From assembly GCA_015654695.1 (NCBI GenBank), contig JAATGJ010000156.1, forward strand, positions 1 through 64,000: a DNA stretch of 64,000 nucleotides, given 5' to 3'. The notes below the pieces were generated by a model. It did no database searches. It was not told where the DNA came from and saw nothing but the letters and a program-made list of their open reading frames with translations. This DNA is from Chitinophagales bacterium (lineage in GTDB: Bacteria > Bacteroidota > Bacteroidia > Chitinophagales > Chitinophagaceae). Below are positions 9,897-20,407 of the stretch, piece by piece. Positions within the stretch are counted from its first letter, which is position 1; every line of letters begins with the position of its first letter. Position numbers and translations under genes: made by a program.

Positions 9897-10580
9897 ATGC
9901 AGCAACATTTATTGAATGTAAAAAAGACCGGTCTTATATCTGTACTTAGTGGCCTGGCTTTCATTTGTTCTTCACAACAACCGAAGTTTAATGTTTTTGG
10001 CGGCCCGCAGATGCATTCAGCAAGGTATAAAATCTCCGGGATCAAACAGCCCACCGAATATAAATATGGTTTCCAGGCAGGCGTTGGAATGAAAGTGCCG
10101 TTTGAAACTAATTTGTTCTTCAGCCCGGCGGCTTTTTATAGCCTGAAAGGGTATAAAGTAAAATTTAACCAGCCTGCCTATCCCCCCGATCTGCTGGCTA
10201 CAGATAATAATACAACCATTCACACATTTGAATTAGCCTTTCTGCTGCAATACGATATAGGGAAAAAAACCAATCACTTTTTTATTAAAGCAGGTCCTTC
10301 ATTGGATTTTCAATTAAAAGGGAAAGAAAAATTCAATCTCAGTAGTGGCGGCGCCGTGAACAGGAGTATGATCTATAGCTATGGTGAATACGGTCACTAT
10401 TCAGCCAGCTTCCTTATGCAATTGGGATTTGAAACCAGCGGCGGGGTTATGATATTCGGACAATACTCGTATGGCCTGGCCAACATTAATAATGCTGACA
10501 ATGGCCCTGAGATCAAGCACCGTGTATTTGGTATTTCTATTGGTAAATACCTGGAAAGTAAAAAGGCCATGCAGGAGTAA
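9897..10580 (+). CDS. outer-membrane beta-barrel protein (porin-type)
   Basis: 227 aa with a signal peptide. It has alternating hydrophobic beta-strand periodicity and a C-terminal aromatic-rich strand. Confidence 0.6.
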   Translation: MQQHLLNVKKTGLISVLSGLAFICSSQQPKFNVFGGPQMHSARYKISGIKQPTEYKYGFQAGVGMKVPFETNLFFSPAAFYSLKGYKVKFNQPAYPPDLLATDNNTTIHTFELAFLLQYDIGKKTNHFFIKAGPSLDFQLKGKEKFNLSSGGAVNRSMIYSYGEYGHYSASFLMQLGFETSGGVMIFGQYSYGLANINNADNGPEIKHRVFGISIGKYLESKKAMQE

Positions 10581-10635
10581 GACAAGAATTCAATGACTGT
10601 ATCCACTTACATTACAGCACGCTTATCTTTGCACC

Positions 10636-11127
10636 ATGGCGGACGACTTACGAATCATTACGGGTAATAAAGCAGAACAGTACCAATCACTCATTCCCCA
10701 GATCAGGGGATTACTGGAAGGAGAAACCGATCTCGTCGCTAATCTCGCCAATACAGCCGCAGCATTAAAGGAACAATTCGGCTGGCTATGGGTTGGTTTT
10801 TACGTTGTAAAAAAAACTTTCGGTCCTGTCCAGGATGAACTGGTAGTAGGTCCTTTCCAGGGGCCGGTAGCCTGTACAAGAATAAAAAAAGGAAGGGGTG
10901 TTTGCGGTACGAGCTGGGCTGAAGCAAAAACGATCATCGTTCCTGATGTAGAGAAATTTCCCGGCCATATCGCCTGCAGCAGTTTATCCAGGTCAGAAAT
11001 AGTTGTTCCTGTCATTCGTAACAATGAAGTAGTAGCTGTATTAGATGCAGACAGTGAAAAGCTGGATCAGTTTGATCTGATAGATCAGCGCTATCTTGAA
11101 GAAATTGTGAACCTGATTCAATTCTGA
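10636..11127 (+). CDS. msrC: GAF-domain free methionine-(R)-sulfoxide reductase (fRMsr/YebR-like)
   Basis: 163 aa. The conserved WVGFY...GPFQGPVACTRI..GRGVCGTSW...GHIACSSLSRSEIVVPV motifs and Cys positions match fRMsr. Confidence 0.8.
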   Translation: MADDLRIITGNKAEQYQSLIPQIRGLLEGETDLVANLANTAAALKEQFGWLWVGFYVVKKTFGPVQDELVVGPFQGPVACTRIKKGRGVCGTSWAEAKTIIVPDVEKFPGHIACSSLSRSEIVVPVIRNNEVVAVLDADSEKLDQFDLIDQRYLEEIVNLIQF

Positions 11128-11129
11128 AT

Positions 11130-11402
11130 ATGATGAAAACTGTTTCTATCATAGTAACAGGAAAAGTGCAGGGAGTTTTCTACCGGCAAAGCACCAAGGA
11201 AAAAGCAACAGCATTAGGCGTTAAAGGAGAAGTAAAGAATATGCCAGATGAAACAGTTTGTATCATCGCTACTGGTAATTCAAATGAGATTGAGCAATTA
11301 ATCGAATGGTGCAGGCAGGGGCCGTCGAGAGCAGAAGTTACCAATGTAATTGTTGAAGAGAACCCTTTAAAGTTATTTGAAAAATTCAGTATTGTTCGAT
11401 GA
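11130..11402 (+). CDS. acyP: acylphosphatase
   Basis: 90 aa. The VQGVFYRQST...GVKGEVKN pattern is the classic acylphosphatase signature. Confidence 0.9.
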   Translation: MMKTVSIIVTGKVQGVFYRQSTKEKATALGVKGEVKNMPDETVCIIATGNSNEIEQLIEWCRQGPSRAEVTNVIVEENPLKLFEKFSIVR

Positions 11403-11696
11403 CTCGCCACAGGCTTTAGCCTACAGGCATTCAATATCTGTACCCCGGTTTAAAATATTGAGTAACCAATAAGTTAGTCAAAAGTAAGTACCCTTCGCTC
11501 ATCTTTCGATCATCCTTCGCTTCTGCGACTACTCAAAGGTATAGATGGTAAAAGGGAAATATATGCACAGGGTACTGCCAAAGCACTAAAAGAAGAGGAG
11601 AAAGCCTTTATCTGCAACGCTATTGGTTTCAAATGGAGAGAGTACCAATTCAAAAAAACTGCATAAGCCAGGTGCCGGCGGTATAGTAAAAACAGG

Positions 11697-12638
11697 CTAC
11701 TTCAAATTCTCCAACATATCCTTCGTCATAGCGTTAAGGTCATATTCTTCTTTCCAGCCCCAGTCTTTTCTGGCTACACTGTCATCAATGCTTTGCGGCC
11801 AGCTATCAGCAATGGGTTGGCGATAATCAGGCTTGTATGATATAATAAACTCCGGTATATGTTTCTTTATCTCCGCCGCAATTTCTTTGGGGGAAAAGCT
11901 CATGCCAGATAGGTTATAAGATGTACGGATAGAAATTTTATTAGCCGGCGCTTCCATCAGTTCAATAGTCGCACGGATAGCATCGGGCATATACATCATC
12001 GGCAGGTAGGTATTTTCCTTCAGGAAACATTCATACTTTTTTTCTTCCAGCGCTTCATAAAATATCTCCACGGCATAGTCGGTAGTACCGCCGCCCGGTG
12101 CAGATTTGTAAGATATCAAACCGGGATAACGCAAACTTCTTACATCCACTCCATAGCGATGATTAAAATAATTACACCAGAATTCACCGGCGTATTTGCT
12201 GATACCGTACACAGTTGTTGGTTCAATAACCGTTTGCTGCGGGCAATTCTTTTTTGGGGATGTAGGGCCAAATACTGCAATAGACGAAGGCCAGTAAACT
12301 TTGCTGATGTTTTCCTCCTTTGAAATATCCAATACATTCAGCAGGCTTTGCATATTGAGGCTCCAGGCAAGGTATGGATTTTTTTCACCGGTAGCGGATA
12401 AGATAGCAGCCAGCAGGTATATCTGTGTAATATTCTGGCGGATCACCTGCACATGCAGCATTTCTTTATTCATCGCATCCATGCTGACGTAAGGGCCTGT
12501 ACCTTTCAGCAGATCATTTTCTTCCCGCAGGTCAGAGGCCACTACATTCGCATTGCCATAAATTTTTCGAAGAGCTAATGTCAGCTCTACTCCTATCTGT
12601 CCGCTGGCGCCGATGACAAGTATTTTATCTTTAATCAT
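11697..12638 (-). CDS. NAD-dependent epimerase/dehydratase family protein (L-threonine 3-dehydrogenase-like)
   Basis: Rossmann motif ILVIGASGQIG and YxxxK-type SDR-extended features. The gene was re-started at the internal ATG (MIKDKILVIG), because the track start extends 26 codons upstream. Confidence 0.75.
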   Translation of the reverse strand: MIKDKILVIGASGQIGVELTLALRKIYGNANVVASDLREENDLLKGTGPYVSMDAMNKEMLHVQVIRQNITQIYLLAAILSATGEKNPYLAWSLNMQSLLNVLDISKEENISKVYWPSSIAVFGPTSPKKNCPQQTVIEPTTVYGISKYAGEFWCNYFNHRYGVDVRSLRYPGLISYKSAPGGGTTDYAVEIFYEALEEKKYECFLKENTYLPMMYMPDAIRATIELMEAPANKISIRTSYNLSGMSFSPKEIAAEIKKHIPEFIISYKPDYRQPIADSWPQSIDDSVARKDWGWKEEYDLNAMTKDMLENLK

Positions 12639-12743
12639 AACAATCTTAATAAAGGCACAAGATACAGGAAACGTGTAATTCAATAACCAGCCTGTCCTGT
12701 TACCCTGGCCTTGCATCTTGAAACTTCATATTATCTTTGCCGG

Positions 12744-13577
12744 ATGAAAAATTTTCTGAGAGACCTTTTTGTCAACCAATCTTATGATGAAAACAATTTC
12801 TTCCTGGTAGCAGGGCCATGCGTAGTAGAAAGTGAAGAACTCATCATGGAAGTAGCGGATAAGGTTTCAGGCATTTGCAAAAATCTCGGCATCCCCTATA
12901 TCTTCAAAGCCTCTTACCGCAAAGCCAACCGCACCAGCGCCGGTTCATTCACAGGTATTGGCGATGAAACCGCCATGGCGCTGGTAAAAAAAGTTGGATC
13001 AACATATAAACTGCCAACAACATCGGATATTCATGCACATGAGGAAGCGGCAATAGCGGCAAAGTATATTGATATTTTACAAATACCTGCTTTTTTATGC
13101 CGTCAGACTGATCTGCTGGTTGCAGCTGCTGAAACGGGAAAGATCGTAAATGTAAAGAAGGGACAATTTTTGAGCGGCCCTGCTATGAAGTTTGCTGTGG
13201 AAAAAATAAAAAATGCAGGTAACGACAAAATTATACTTACGGAAAGGGGCACTACGTTTGGCTACCAGGATCTGGTAGTAGATTTCAGAAACATTCCGTG
13301 GATGCAGGAACATGGTACACCCGTGGTAATGGATGTTACGCATTCATTGCAGCAACCCAATCAAACATCAGGAATAACAGGTGGTAACCCGCAATTGATA
13401 GGAACAATCGCTAAAGCTGCGATAGCAACAGGAGCTAACGGTTTGTTTATAGAAACTCATCCCAATCCGGCTGTTGCAAAGAGTGATGGGGCTAATATGC
13501 TTAAACTTGACCTGCTGGAAGGATTGCTACGGGATCTGGTGGAATTACGGGAAGTTGTTAGTAAATTCAAGGTATGA
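12744..13577 (+). CDS. kdsA: 3-deoxy-8-phosphooctulonate synthase
   Basis: FFLVAGPCVVESEE and downstream motifs are typical of KdsA. The gene was re-started at MKNFLRDLF. Confidence 0.9.
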   Translation: MKNFLRDLFVNQSYDENNFFLVAGPCVVESEELIMEVADKVSGICKNLGIPYIFKASYRKANRTSAGSFTGIGDETAMALVKKVGSTYKLPTTSDIHAHEEAAIAAKYIDILQIPAFLCRQTDLLVAAAETGKIVNVKKGQFLSGPAMKFAVEKIKNAGNDKIILTERGTTFGYQDLVVDFRNIPWMQEHGTPVVMDVTHSLQQPNQTSGITGGNPQLIGTIAKAAIATGANGLFIETHPNPAVAKSDGANMLKLDLLEGLLRDLVELREVVSKFKV

Positions 13578-13957
13578 TAATAAGATTGCCTATACGATTT
13601 GAAGGATCGGTTGGAGAAAAAACCTTATACGGACTTTTCGATACCGGCGCTACTTTCAGTTGCATACATCCTGATTATGTCGCATCTATTGCTCATACAG
13701 AGAAGTTATTCCGGCCTCTCGAAATTGCAACTGCTAATGACGGCGTTTACATGAAAATTGAAGAACGGGTTGTTACAGATTTTTATGTTGATGATATCCG
13801 TATGTCTGATGAATTTTACGTTGTACCAAATCTGAGCGAAGAAGCCATCATAGGCGTTACCACTATGCAGAAATGGCGCATCAAACTTGACTTTGAGCAC
13901 GATACTGTAATAATTGATCCGAAAATTGCCAAAGCCATTCTAAAGCAATTAAAATGA
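13574..13957 (+). CDS. single-domain retropepsin-like aspartic protease (paralog 1)
   Basis: 127 aa. The LFDTGAT aspartyl-protease motif, a flap-like glycine-rich region and a C-terminal IIGVTTMQKWRIKLDFEHDTV are present. The start overlaps the kdsA stop in an ATGA arrangement. Confidence 0.6.
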   Translation: MIIRLPIRFEGSVGEKTLYGLFDTGATFSCIHPDYVASIAHTEKLFRPLEIATANDGVYMKIEERVVTDFYVDDIRMSDEFYVVPNLSEEAIIGVTTMQKWRIKLDFEHDTVIIDPKIAKAILKQLK

Positions 13958-13991
13958 CAAGGCTCTTCTTACTCCATTTTTGAGTTGGGAG

Positions 13992-14636
13992 TTATCGCAG
14001 ATCCACTTCTTCAACACCCGGGTATTTCTTTTTATCAAAGGCGAAAAGATTGTCAGCCATAGCAGCATTCGTCTTCATGCTGCTGACGGTATAAATATAT
14101 TTATTCCCCGCATTTTCCAGCACTTTAGTGCTGTAAATTGTTTTTGCTGATTTGTCCACCTGCAGATACACTTTATGAAAGGTTTTGCTCTTATCGGTAG
14201 GTGTCATTTCAATTTCCTGGACTGTTTTTGTCCCGATCTTTTTTTCGCCGTTTAATAAATACAGGAAATCATTATCATAAAAATTAGTAAATAATTTTTG
14301 CGGAGTAATACCACTGCCTGAAGCATCAATGGTGCTGATAGTAACTTCTTTTGCACTTTTATCATAACTCCAGACCGTTTTGCCGTCTGAAAAAATTTCC
14401 TGCCCGCCAAAACTGACTTTATACCGGGTACCCTTCATCCAGATAGTACCTGTTTTGGTGGACATCACTTTTCCTTTTGCATCTTCTACTTTGTAATTAA
14501 AACTGGCCTGCACTGACGTAAAGGTTTTGAATTTAGCGCTCACTGCATCAAGCACCGCCTTGGCAGCCGGATCATTTTGAGCAAATAGTAAAAGACCTGA
14601 TCCCAATAAAGCCAAAGTCATATATAATTTCCGCAT
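13992..14636 (-). CDS. lolA: outer-membrane lipoprotein carrier protein LolA-like
   Basis: 214 aa with a signal peptide. It has a LolA-like beta-sheet pattern and shows the conserved ftsK-lolA synteny. Confidence 0.7.
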   Translation of the reverse strand: MRKLYMTLALLGSGLLLFAQNDPAAKAVLDAVSAKFKTFTSVQASFNYKVEDAKGKVMSTKTGTIWMKGTRYKVSFGGQEIFSDGKTVWSYDKSAKEVTISTIDASGSGITPQKLFTNFYDNDFLYLLNGEKKIGTKTVQEIEMTPTDKSKTFHKVYLQVDKSAKTIYSTKVLENAGNKYIYTVSSMKTNAAMADNLFAFDKKKYPGVEEVDLR

Positions 14637-14765
14637 TCGTATGGTTTTTATTTAAAATATTGTCCCGGTTTTTTGAGGACGGGCAAAAGTAAGTAAATAC
14701 AGCTATAGACAGACTAACAATCATCATACCGGGTTGCAGGCCTGCATTTTTCTTAACAGCTTATT

Positions 14766-17333
14766 TTATCCTAATGCTGCCAGGTGCTGTTGCAATTCCA
14801 TCTCCGTTTTAATAAGGACTTCTCTCGCCTTGCTGCCCTGGTTAGGCCCTACCACACCCGCCGCTTCCAGCTGATCCATCAACCGGCCTGCCCGGTTATA
14901 GCCAAGTTTCATTCTGCGCTGCAATAAAGAAGTAGAGCCTATTTGATTTTGAACGATCAGGCGTGCCGCATCTTCAAAATAGGAATCACGGTCTGATAAA
15001 TCGAATTCTTTGCCTTCCAGTTCCTTTTCATCCACATATTCAGGCAGTAAAAAGGCTTGTGGATAGCCTCTTTGCTTACTGATAAATTCAACTACTTCCT
15101 CTACTTCAGGTGTATCAACAAATGCGCATTGTAGACGGGTTACTTCCCCAAGATGGGAAACCAGCATATCTCCTTTCCCAATTAATTGTTCGGCGCCGCC
15201 TGTATCAAGAATTGTTCTTGAATCTATCTTGGAGGAAACTTTAAATGCAATACGGGATGGGAAATTGGCTTTAATAGTACCTGTAATGATATTCACTGAC
15301 GGACGTTGCGTAGCAATGATAAGATGAATACCCACAGCACGGGCCAATTGGGCCAGTCTTGCAATAGGCATTTCAATTTCTTTACCAGCCGTCATGATCA
15401 GGTCAGCAAATTCATCAATAACCAATACAATGAACGGAAGAAACTGGTGGCCCTTCTGCGGGTTCAGCCTTCTCTTGATGAATTTTTCATTGTATTCTTT
15501 GATATTTCTTGCACCCGCTTCCTTCAATAAATCATACCGGTTGTCCATTTCAATGCAAAGTGCATTTAATGTATGCACCACTTTCTTCGTATCGGTGATG
15601 ATCGCATCTTCTTCACCGGGCAGTTTAGCCAGAAAATGTTTTTCAATATGGCGGTAAACACTCAATTCCACTTTTTTGGGATCAATTAAAACAAGTTTTA
15701 ATTGCGATGGATGTTTTTTGTACAATAAAGAAACGAGGATAGCATTTAGTCCGACTGATTTACCCTGGCCGGTGGCTCCTGCCATCAGTAAGTGTGGCAT
15801 CGTTGTCAGGTCAACAATGAAATTATCATTGTCAATTTTTTTACCGATCGCGATGGGCAGGCTATGCGTATTATGTTGAAATTTTTCCGAAGCCAGCAGG
15901 GTTTTCATACTCACTACTGTTTTCCTTACATTGGGTACTTCGATACCAATCGTTCCCTTACCCGGGATGGGGGCAATGATACGAATACCTAATGCGGCAA
16001 GACTTAAAGCAATATCATCTTCCAGGTTTTTAATTCTTGATATACGGACACCGGCGGCAGGCACTATTTCATATAAGGTTACAGTAGGCCCTACCGTCGC
16101 GCTGATTTTTTGTATTTCGATAGAATAGTTTCTTAATGTAGAAATGATCTGGTTCTTATTATTTTCCAGCTCATTGGCATCCTGTACGATCTTTTCACTA
16201 CCATGTGTTTCCAGCAGGCTCAGTGTAGGATATTTATAATCCCTGAGATCAAGGGTAGGTTCATACGGGGGCAGGTTTTCAAATACCGGTTCTTCTTCTT
16301 CTGCATCAGCTATTTTTTCAGGAATAATCTTTATTTCCAGCTCCAGGTCTGCAACAGCTTGTTTATTTTCTTCAATAACCGGTTCCGGCTTTTTTATCTC
16401 AAAGAAAGGAGCCAATTGCTGTGTATTAACCTGGTCATGTTTATGCAAAATATCATTGACTATTTCTTTCTCAACAAAAGAATCTTCTTCTTCCATTTCA
16501 GGCTCATCTTTCTCAATTATTTTAAGATCATGCAGGTGTTCCTCCGCCGGGATTGGTGGTATCTTCTCCCCGTTAGATTTATTCTTCTTAAGTGAATTAC
16601 CGGCTGTTTCGATAAGCAGTTTAGCTTCTTCTTCGATGGCGGTTTCTTCCTGGTCAATGGCGTCACCGGTTTGTACCAGTTCATTTTGTTTTTTGGCAGG
16701 CAGGTTAAAACTGGGATTGAATTGCCAGATAACATACCCGAGCCCAACTAAAAATAATACGGCTGCTGTACCAATATTTCCGAATATGCCCACCAGCCAG
16801 TCACTGATCATAACGCCTACCCCACCTCCAAACCGGAACTGGCTGACTGATAATATGAATGCGAGCGAAACTGACAATACCAGCACCCCTATCGTGACAT
16901 ATTTCAGGTTTTTCCAGATAGAAAATACTTTTTTATTAAATAGCAGATTTACTCCTACCACAAAAAAGAAGGTGCATATAAGTAAGGATGCAATACCAAA
17001 CGTTTTGAAAATAAAAAAATGGGAAACAAGGGCGCCCAGCTTACCAAGAAGGTTATTGACCCGTACCGAATCATCAAAAAGAATGGAACTGCCCATTGAT
17101 ACCACATCCTGGTCTTTGCTCCAGGTAAAGAAATAAGAAATAAAGGCTATAAAAAGAAATACGGAAACCAATAATGAGATAGCGCCTGTAATCTTCCAGG
17201 TACGTTCATCACGGGCAAGGGCTTTCCAGTTGATGCTCTCCTCTTTTTCCTGCTTCCATCCTCCCTTATTCTCTGATTTAACGGGTTTCTTTGCGGATTT
17301 TGCGGAAACGGTCTTTTTCTTCTTATTGGACAT
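14766..17333 (-). CDS. ftsK: DNA translocase FtsK
   Basis: 855 aa. It has N-terminal TM helices, an acidic linker, an FtsK/SpoIIIE ATPase with Walker A GATGQGKS, and a C-terminal gamma domain. Confidence 0.95.
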   Translation of the reverse strand: MSNKKKKTVSAKSAKKPVKSENKGGWKQEKEESINWKALARDERTWKITGAISLLVSVFLFIAFISYFFTWSKDQDVVSMGSSILFDDSVRVNNLLGKLGALVSHFFIFKTFGIASLLICTFFFVVGVNLLFNKKVFSIWKNLKYVTIGVLVLSVSLAFILSVSQFRFGGGVGVMISDWLVGIFGNIGTAAVLFLVGLGYVIWQFNPSFNLPAKKQNELVQTGDAIDQEETAIEEEAKLLIETAGNSLKKNKSNGEKIPPIPAEEHLHDLKIIEKDEPEMEEEDSFVEKEIVNDILHKHDQVNTQQLAPFFEIKKPEPVIEENKQAVADLELEIKIIPEKIADAEEEEPVFENLPPYEPTLDLRDYKYPTLSLLETHGSEKIVQDANELENNKNQIISTLRNYSIEIQKISATVGPTVTLYEIVPAAGVRISRIKNLEDDIALSLAALGIRIIAPIPGKGTIGIEVPNVRKTVVSMKTLLASEKFQHNTHSLPIAIGKKIDNDNFIVDLTTMPHLLMAGATGQGKSVGLNAILVSLLYKKHPSQLKLVLIDPKKVELSVYRHIEKHFLAKLPGEEDAIITDTKKVVHTLNALCIEMDNRYDLLKEAGARNIKEYNEKFIKRRLNPQKGHQFLPFIVLVIDEFADLIMTAGKEIEMPIARLAQLARAVGIHLIIATQRPSVNIITGTIKANFPSRIAFKVSSKIDSRTILDTGGAEQLIGKGDMLVSHLGEVTRLQCAFVDTPEVEEVVEFISKQRGYPQAFLLPEYVDEKELEGKEFDLSDRDSYFEDAARLIVQNQIGSTSLLQRRMKLGYNRAGRLMDQLEAAGVVGPNQGSKAREVLIKTEMELQQHLAALG

Positions 17334-17506
17334 GGCAGCAAAGATAATATAGTTTCCATTTCTGAAGCTATCCGGATAGCTGGCAGAAAAGTATTAACAA
17401 ATATCCGGTGATGATACTTCGGTTACCAAGAATTACCGGAAAGTGGTATCGTTTAATGTACAAAAACAAAAAGGGATGTATTACATTTGAAACCAGTGTT
17501 ACCTGC

Positions 17507-19441
17507 ATGAAAAAAACTGACAGCTTTCGTTTACTATTGGTTGTTGCCACCATTTCTTTATTGCTTGCCGATGGAATGGCGCAATTTGTCCCGTTGAATG
17601 GGAAGGATAGTTTGCCTGGAAAATGTATTGATATCAGCAGGATAAAGCTTGTAAAGAATATCACTACTGAAATAAGTACCGCCTATTTCAGCAAAAAGAT
17701 GACTTTGCCTGCAATTTATTTTCAGTCATTACAGTTTTACCCGGGCCTCGTTCATAAGAAAACAATACCCAATGACTTTATTACCAAAGGAGCTGTCATG
17801 CGCTTTGATCTTTGTAATAGCGGCGATTCGGCCTTCAGTGTTTACTTTTTCCCCGGGCTTTATTACGATCATATTAAATTATACCGGGCCTGGAATAATA
17901 AACTGGAAGAATTGCCCCGTGTTCTTCCCGATCATCCTGATAGTATCGGTTACCGCCTTATCTCCTTATCGCCACATGATACCGCCACTATTGTCGCCGA
18001 ACTGGGTTTTGTAAAAACTTACACCATTAACATGCGGCCAAGGTTGATAAGCCCGGAATACTTCGGCTCATTTATAGCAGAGATGACCAGTTCCCCCAAT
18101 GAAAGCCAGCTGATGACCTATGTGTTTTGCGGGTTATTGCTGATGATGATCCTTTTCTCAATAGCTAATTTCCTGCAGGGCGCTAATCCTGAATTTCTTT
18201 ATTATTCCGGGTATGCTTTTTTCCTGGGAAGCATGTTACTGACAAAAGCCATGTTATTTTACCATACCAGCAAAACCAGTTATTTCCTGGAAGGCTACCT
18301 TGATTATATTATGCAATCGCTTGGCATTATGTTTTACATGCTGTTCATGCAGAAATACCTTGATACAAAAAGCGAGCATCCTTTCCTTCATAAATTATAC
18401 AATGCAGGCATCTTCATGTTGCTTTTTTCGGCGGGAGGCTATACCTGGTTTCATTATTTCACGGATAATTTTACGATAGAAAATGCAATAGAGAACGTCA
18501 CAAAAGTGGCGCTGCTTATAATGACCCTTATTTTCCTGGTGTACAGCCTGCGGCACCGGAAAGATAAACTGATGCGATATCTTTTCTGGGGCAATCTTTG
18601 TTTGTTTGTTTTCTCCTTATTTTCCCAGCTCATTATTATGTCTAATACCTTAGCAAGACAGTTGCCAGGTATATTTAAGTCTTCCATCTTTTATTATGAA
18701 CTGGGGCTTTTCCTTGAGCTGGTGTTTTTCCTGATGGCGCTGAATCACAAAAACAGGAAGCAGCTAATAGCACAGGCGAGGGAAAGAGAAAGGTTAAAAG
18801 CCGATAACCAGATGAAGGAATATGAAAAAGAACTAGCTGTGTTTAAAGCACAGGAACAGGAAAGGGAAAGAATTTCCGCCGATATACACGATGAGCTGGG
18901 TTCAGGTATGACAGCCATCCGGCTGATGAGCGAGATAGCCCGGAATAAGATGAAAGAAAATACCCCGGTTGAGATAGATAAAATATCTCACTCCGCCAAT
19001 GAAGTACTGAATAAAATGAACGCTATCATCTGGAGTATGAACAGCGGCAATGATACTATTGACAACCTTGTTTCGTATATCCGTTCGTATGCGCTGGAGT
19101 ATTTTGAAAACACCCCTGTTGTTTGCAAAGTGAACACTCCTGAAAATATTGTATCTAAAGAACTGACCGGCGATAAACGGCGGAATATTTTTTTGTGTAT
19201 AAAGGAAACGCTGAACAATGCGCTGAAACATTCCAGGGCATCCACCATCAAAATTGATTTTCAGATTGACGAAGAACTGGTAATAAAAATTGCTGACAAT
19301 GGTATCGGTATTGACCTGCAGCATATCCGGGAATTCGGCAATGGCCTGAAGAATATATCCCGTAGAATGGAAAGTATTGGCGGTGTATATGACATTAAAA
19401 GCAATCACGGAACCCTTACAACATTAACGCTCCCTTTGTGA
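17507..19441 (+). CDS. 7TMR-DISM (7TM receptor with extracellular DISMED2 domain) sensor histidine kinase, HisKA_3 type
   Basis: Signal peptide, extracellular domain, seven hydrophobic helices and a coiled coil. The H-box ADIHDELGSGMTAI and the HATPase_c N/G boxes are present. The gene was re-started at MKKTDSF. Confidence 0.85.
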   Translation: MKKTDSFRLLLVVATISLLLADGMAQFVPLNGKDSLPGKCIDISRIKLVKNITTEISTAYFSKKMTLPAIYFQSLQFYPGLVHKKTIPNDFITKGAVMRFDLCNSGDSAFSVYFFPGLYYDHIKLYRAWNNKLEELPRVLPDHPDSIGYRLISLSPHDTATIVAELGFVKTYTINMRPRLISPEYFGSFIAEMTSSPNESQLMTYVFCGLLLMMILFSIANFLQGANPEFLYYSGYAFFLGSMLLTKAMLFYHTSKTSYFLEGYLDYIMQSLGIMFYMLFMQKYLDTKSEHPFLHKLYNAGIFMLLFSAGGYTWFHYFTDNFTIENAIENVTKVALLIMTLIFLVYSLRHRKDKLMRYLFWGNLCLFVFSLFSQLIIMSNTLARQLPGIFKSSIFYYELGLFLELVFFLMALNHKNRKQLIAQARERERLKADNQMKEYEKELAVFKAQEQERERISADIHDELGSGMTAIRLMSEIARNKMKENTPVEIDKISHSANEVLNKMNAIIWSMNSGNDTIDNLVSYIRSYALEYFENTPVVCKVNTPENIVSKELTGDKRRNIFLCIKETLNNALKHSRASTIKIDFQIDEELVIKIADNGIGIDLQHIREFGNGLKNISRRMESIGGVYDIKSNHGTLTTLTLPL

Positions 19442-19831
19442 TCAGTTCTTCTTTATTACTCCCATCAAAAGAGACAGCCAGCCCAGAATAAAGAAAACGC
19501 CACCGAATGGAGTAATGATCCCGATTCCTTTCAATCCTACCTGGTCCGCGGCTTTAAAAGCTGTAAGCAAATACAAAGAACCTGAGAAAAGGATGATACC
19601 GGTAATAAAGCAGGCGCCTGCCCACTTTATCCATTTATCAGAAAACTTTTCGAAAACAATACCCACAATCAACAAAGCCAGCGCATGATACATTTGGTAT
19701 TGCACACCTGTTTGAAAGGTAGTGACTGTTTCGGGAGGTACAATTTCTTTTAATCCATGTGCCCCAAAAGCACCGAGGGCCACTGCGATTGCGCCGAACA
19801 AAGAACCGGCTACCAGGAAACTTTTATTCAT
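19442..19831 (-). CDS. DUF423 family membrane protein
   Basis: 129 aa with four TM helices. The N-terminus GAFGAHGLK is typical of DUF423/YgdD. Confidence 0.8.
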   Translation of the reverse strand: MNKSFLVAGSLFGAIAVALGAFGAHGLKEIVPPETVTTFQTGVQYQMYHALALLIVGIVFEKFSDKWIKWAGACFITGIILFSGSLYLLTAFKAADQVGLKGIGIITPFGGVFFILGWLSLLMGVIKKN

Positions 19832-19900
19832 TTTGTACTAATTAATTCCTTGAGTGATGTTTAGCCTGACGGGTACCATAATTCTATTCGCTACTCACGA

Positions 19901-20407
19901 TTAAGCATGAAATATCTTTTCGATAAAATGATCAAGCGAAATATCTTCATCATCAATAACTATGTCAGCCTGTTCATAGTAAATCTTCCTGTCAGAAAAT
20001 TTTTTCATAATAAAGCTCATCAGTTGTGTGTCGGTGAGATCTTTCAGCAAGGGTCTTTTGTCCTTTTCTTTCTTTAGCCTTTCCAACAGGACAGGAAGTG
20101 GTGTATTCAGCCATATCGTTGTGCCGGCCTGGGTCATATAATCAATATTATTAAAATAGCAGGGTGATCCACCGCCACATGCCATGACAAAAGATGCATG
20201 GCTTTCCGTGATGATATGCAATATCCCTTTTTCTTTCAGGCGAAAATATTCTTCACCATATTTTTCAAAAATCTCGTTAATAGACCTGCTTTCGGAATTG
20301 ACGATCTGTTCATCCATGTCAAAAAAAGGTATGTTGAGTTTTTGGCTCAGTTGACCGCCCCAGTGTGTTTTGCCGGAGCCCATAAAACCGATGAGGAAGA
20401 TTTTCAT
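19901..20407 (-). CDS. aroK: shikimate kinase
   Basis: 168 aa. Walker A FMGSGKT and shikimate-kinase lid features are present. Confidence 0.9.
   Translation of the reverse strand: MKIFLIGFMGSGKTHWGGQLSQKLNIPFFDMDEQIVNSESRSINEIFEKYGEEYFRLKEKGILHIITESHASFVMACGGGSPCYFNNIDYMTQAGTTIWLNTPLPVLLERLKKEKDKRPLLKDLTDTQLMSFIMKKFSDRKIYYEQADIVIDDEDISLDHFIEKIFHA

Noticed and set aside
16456-17136. 226-aa Ser-rich ORF on the plus strand
   Set aside because: It lies entirely antisense within ftsK and has low-complexity composition. It is a shadow ORF.
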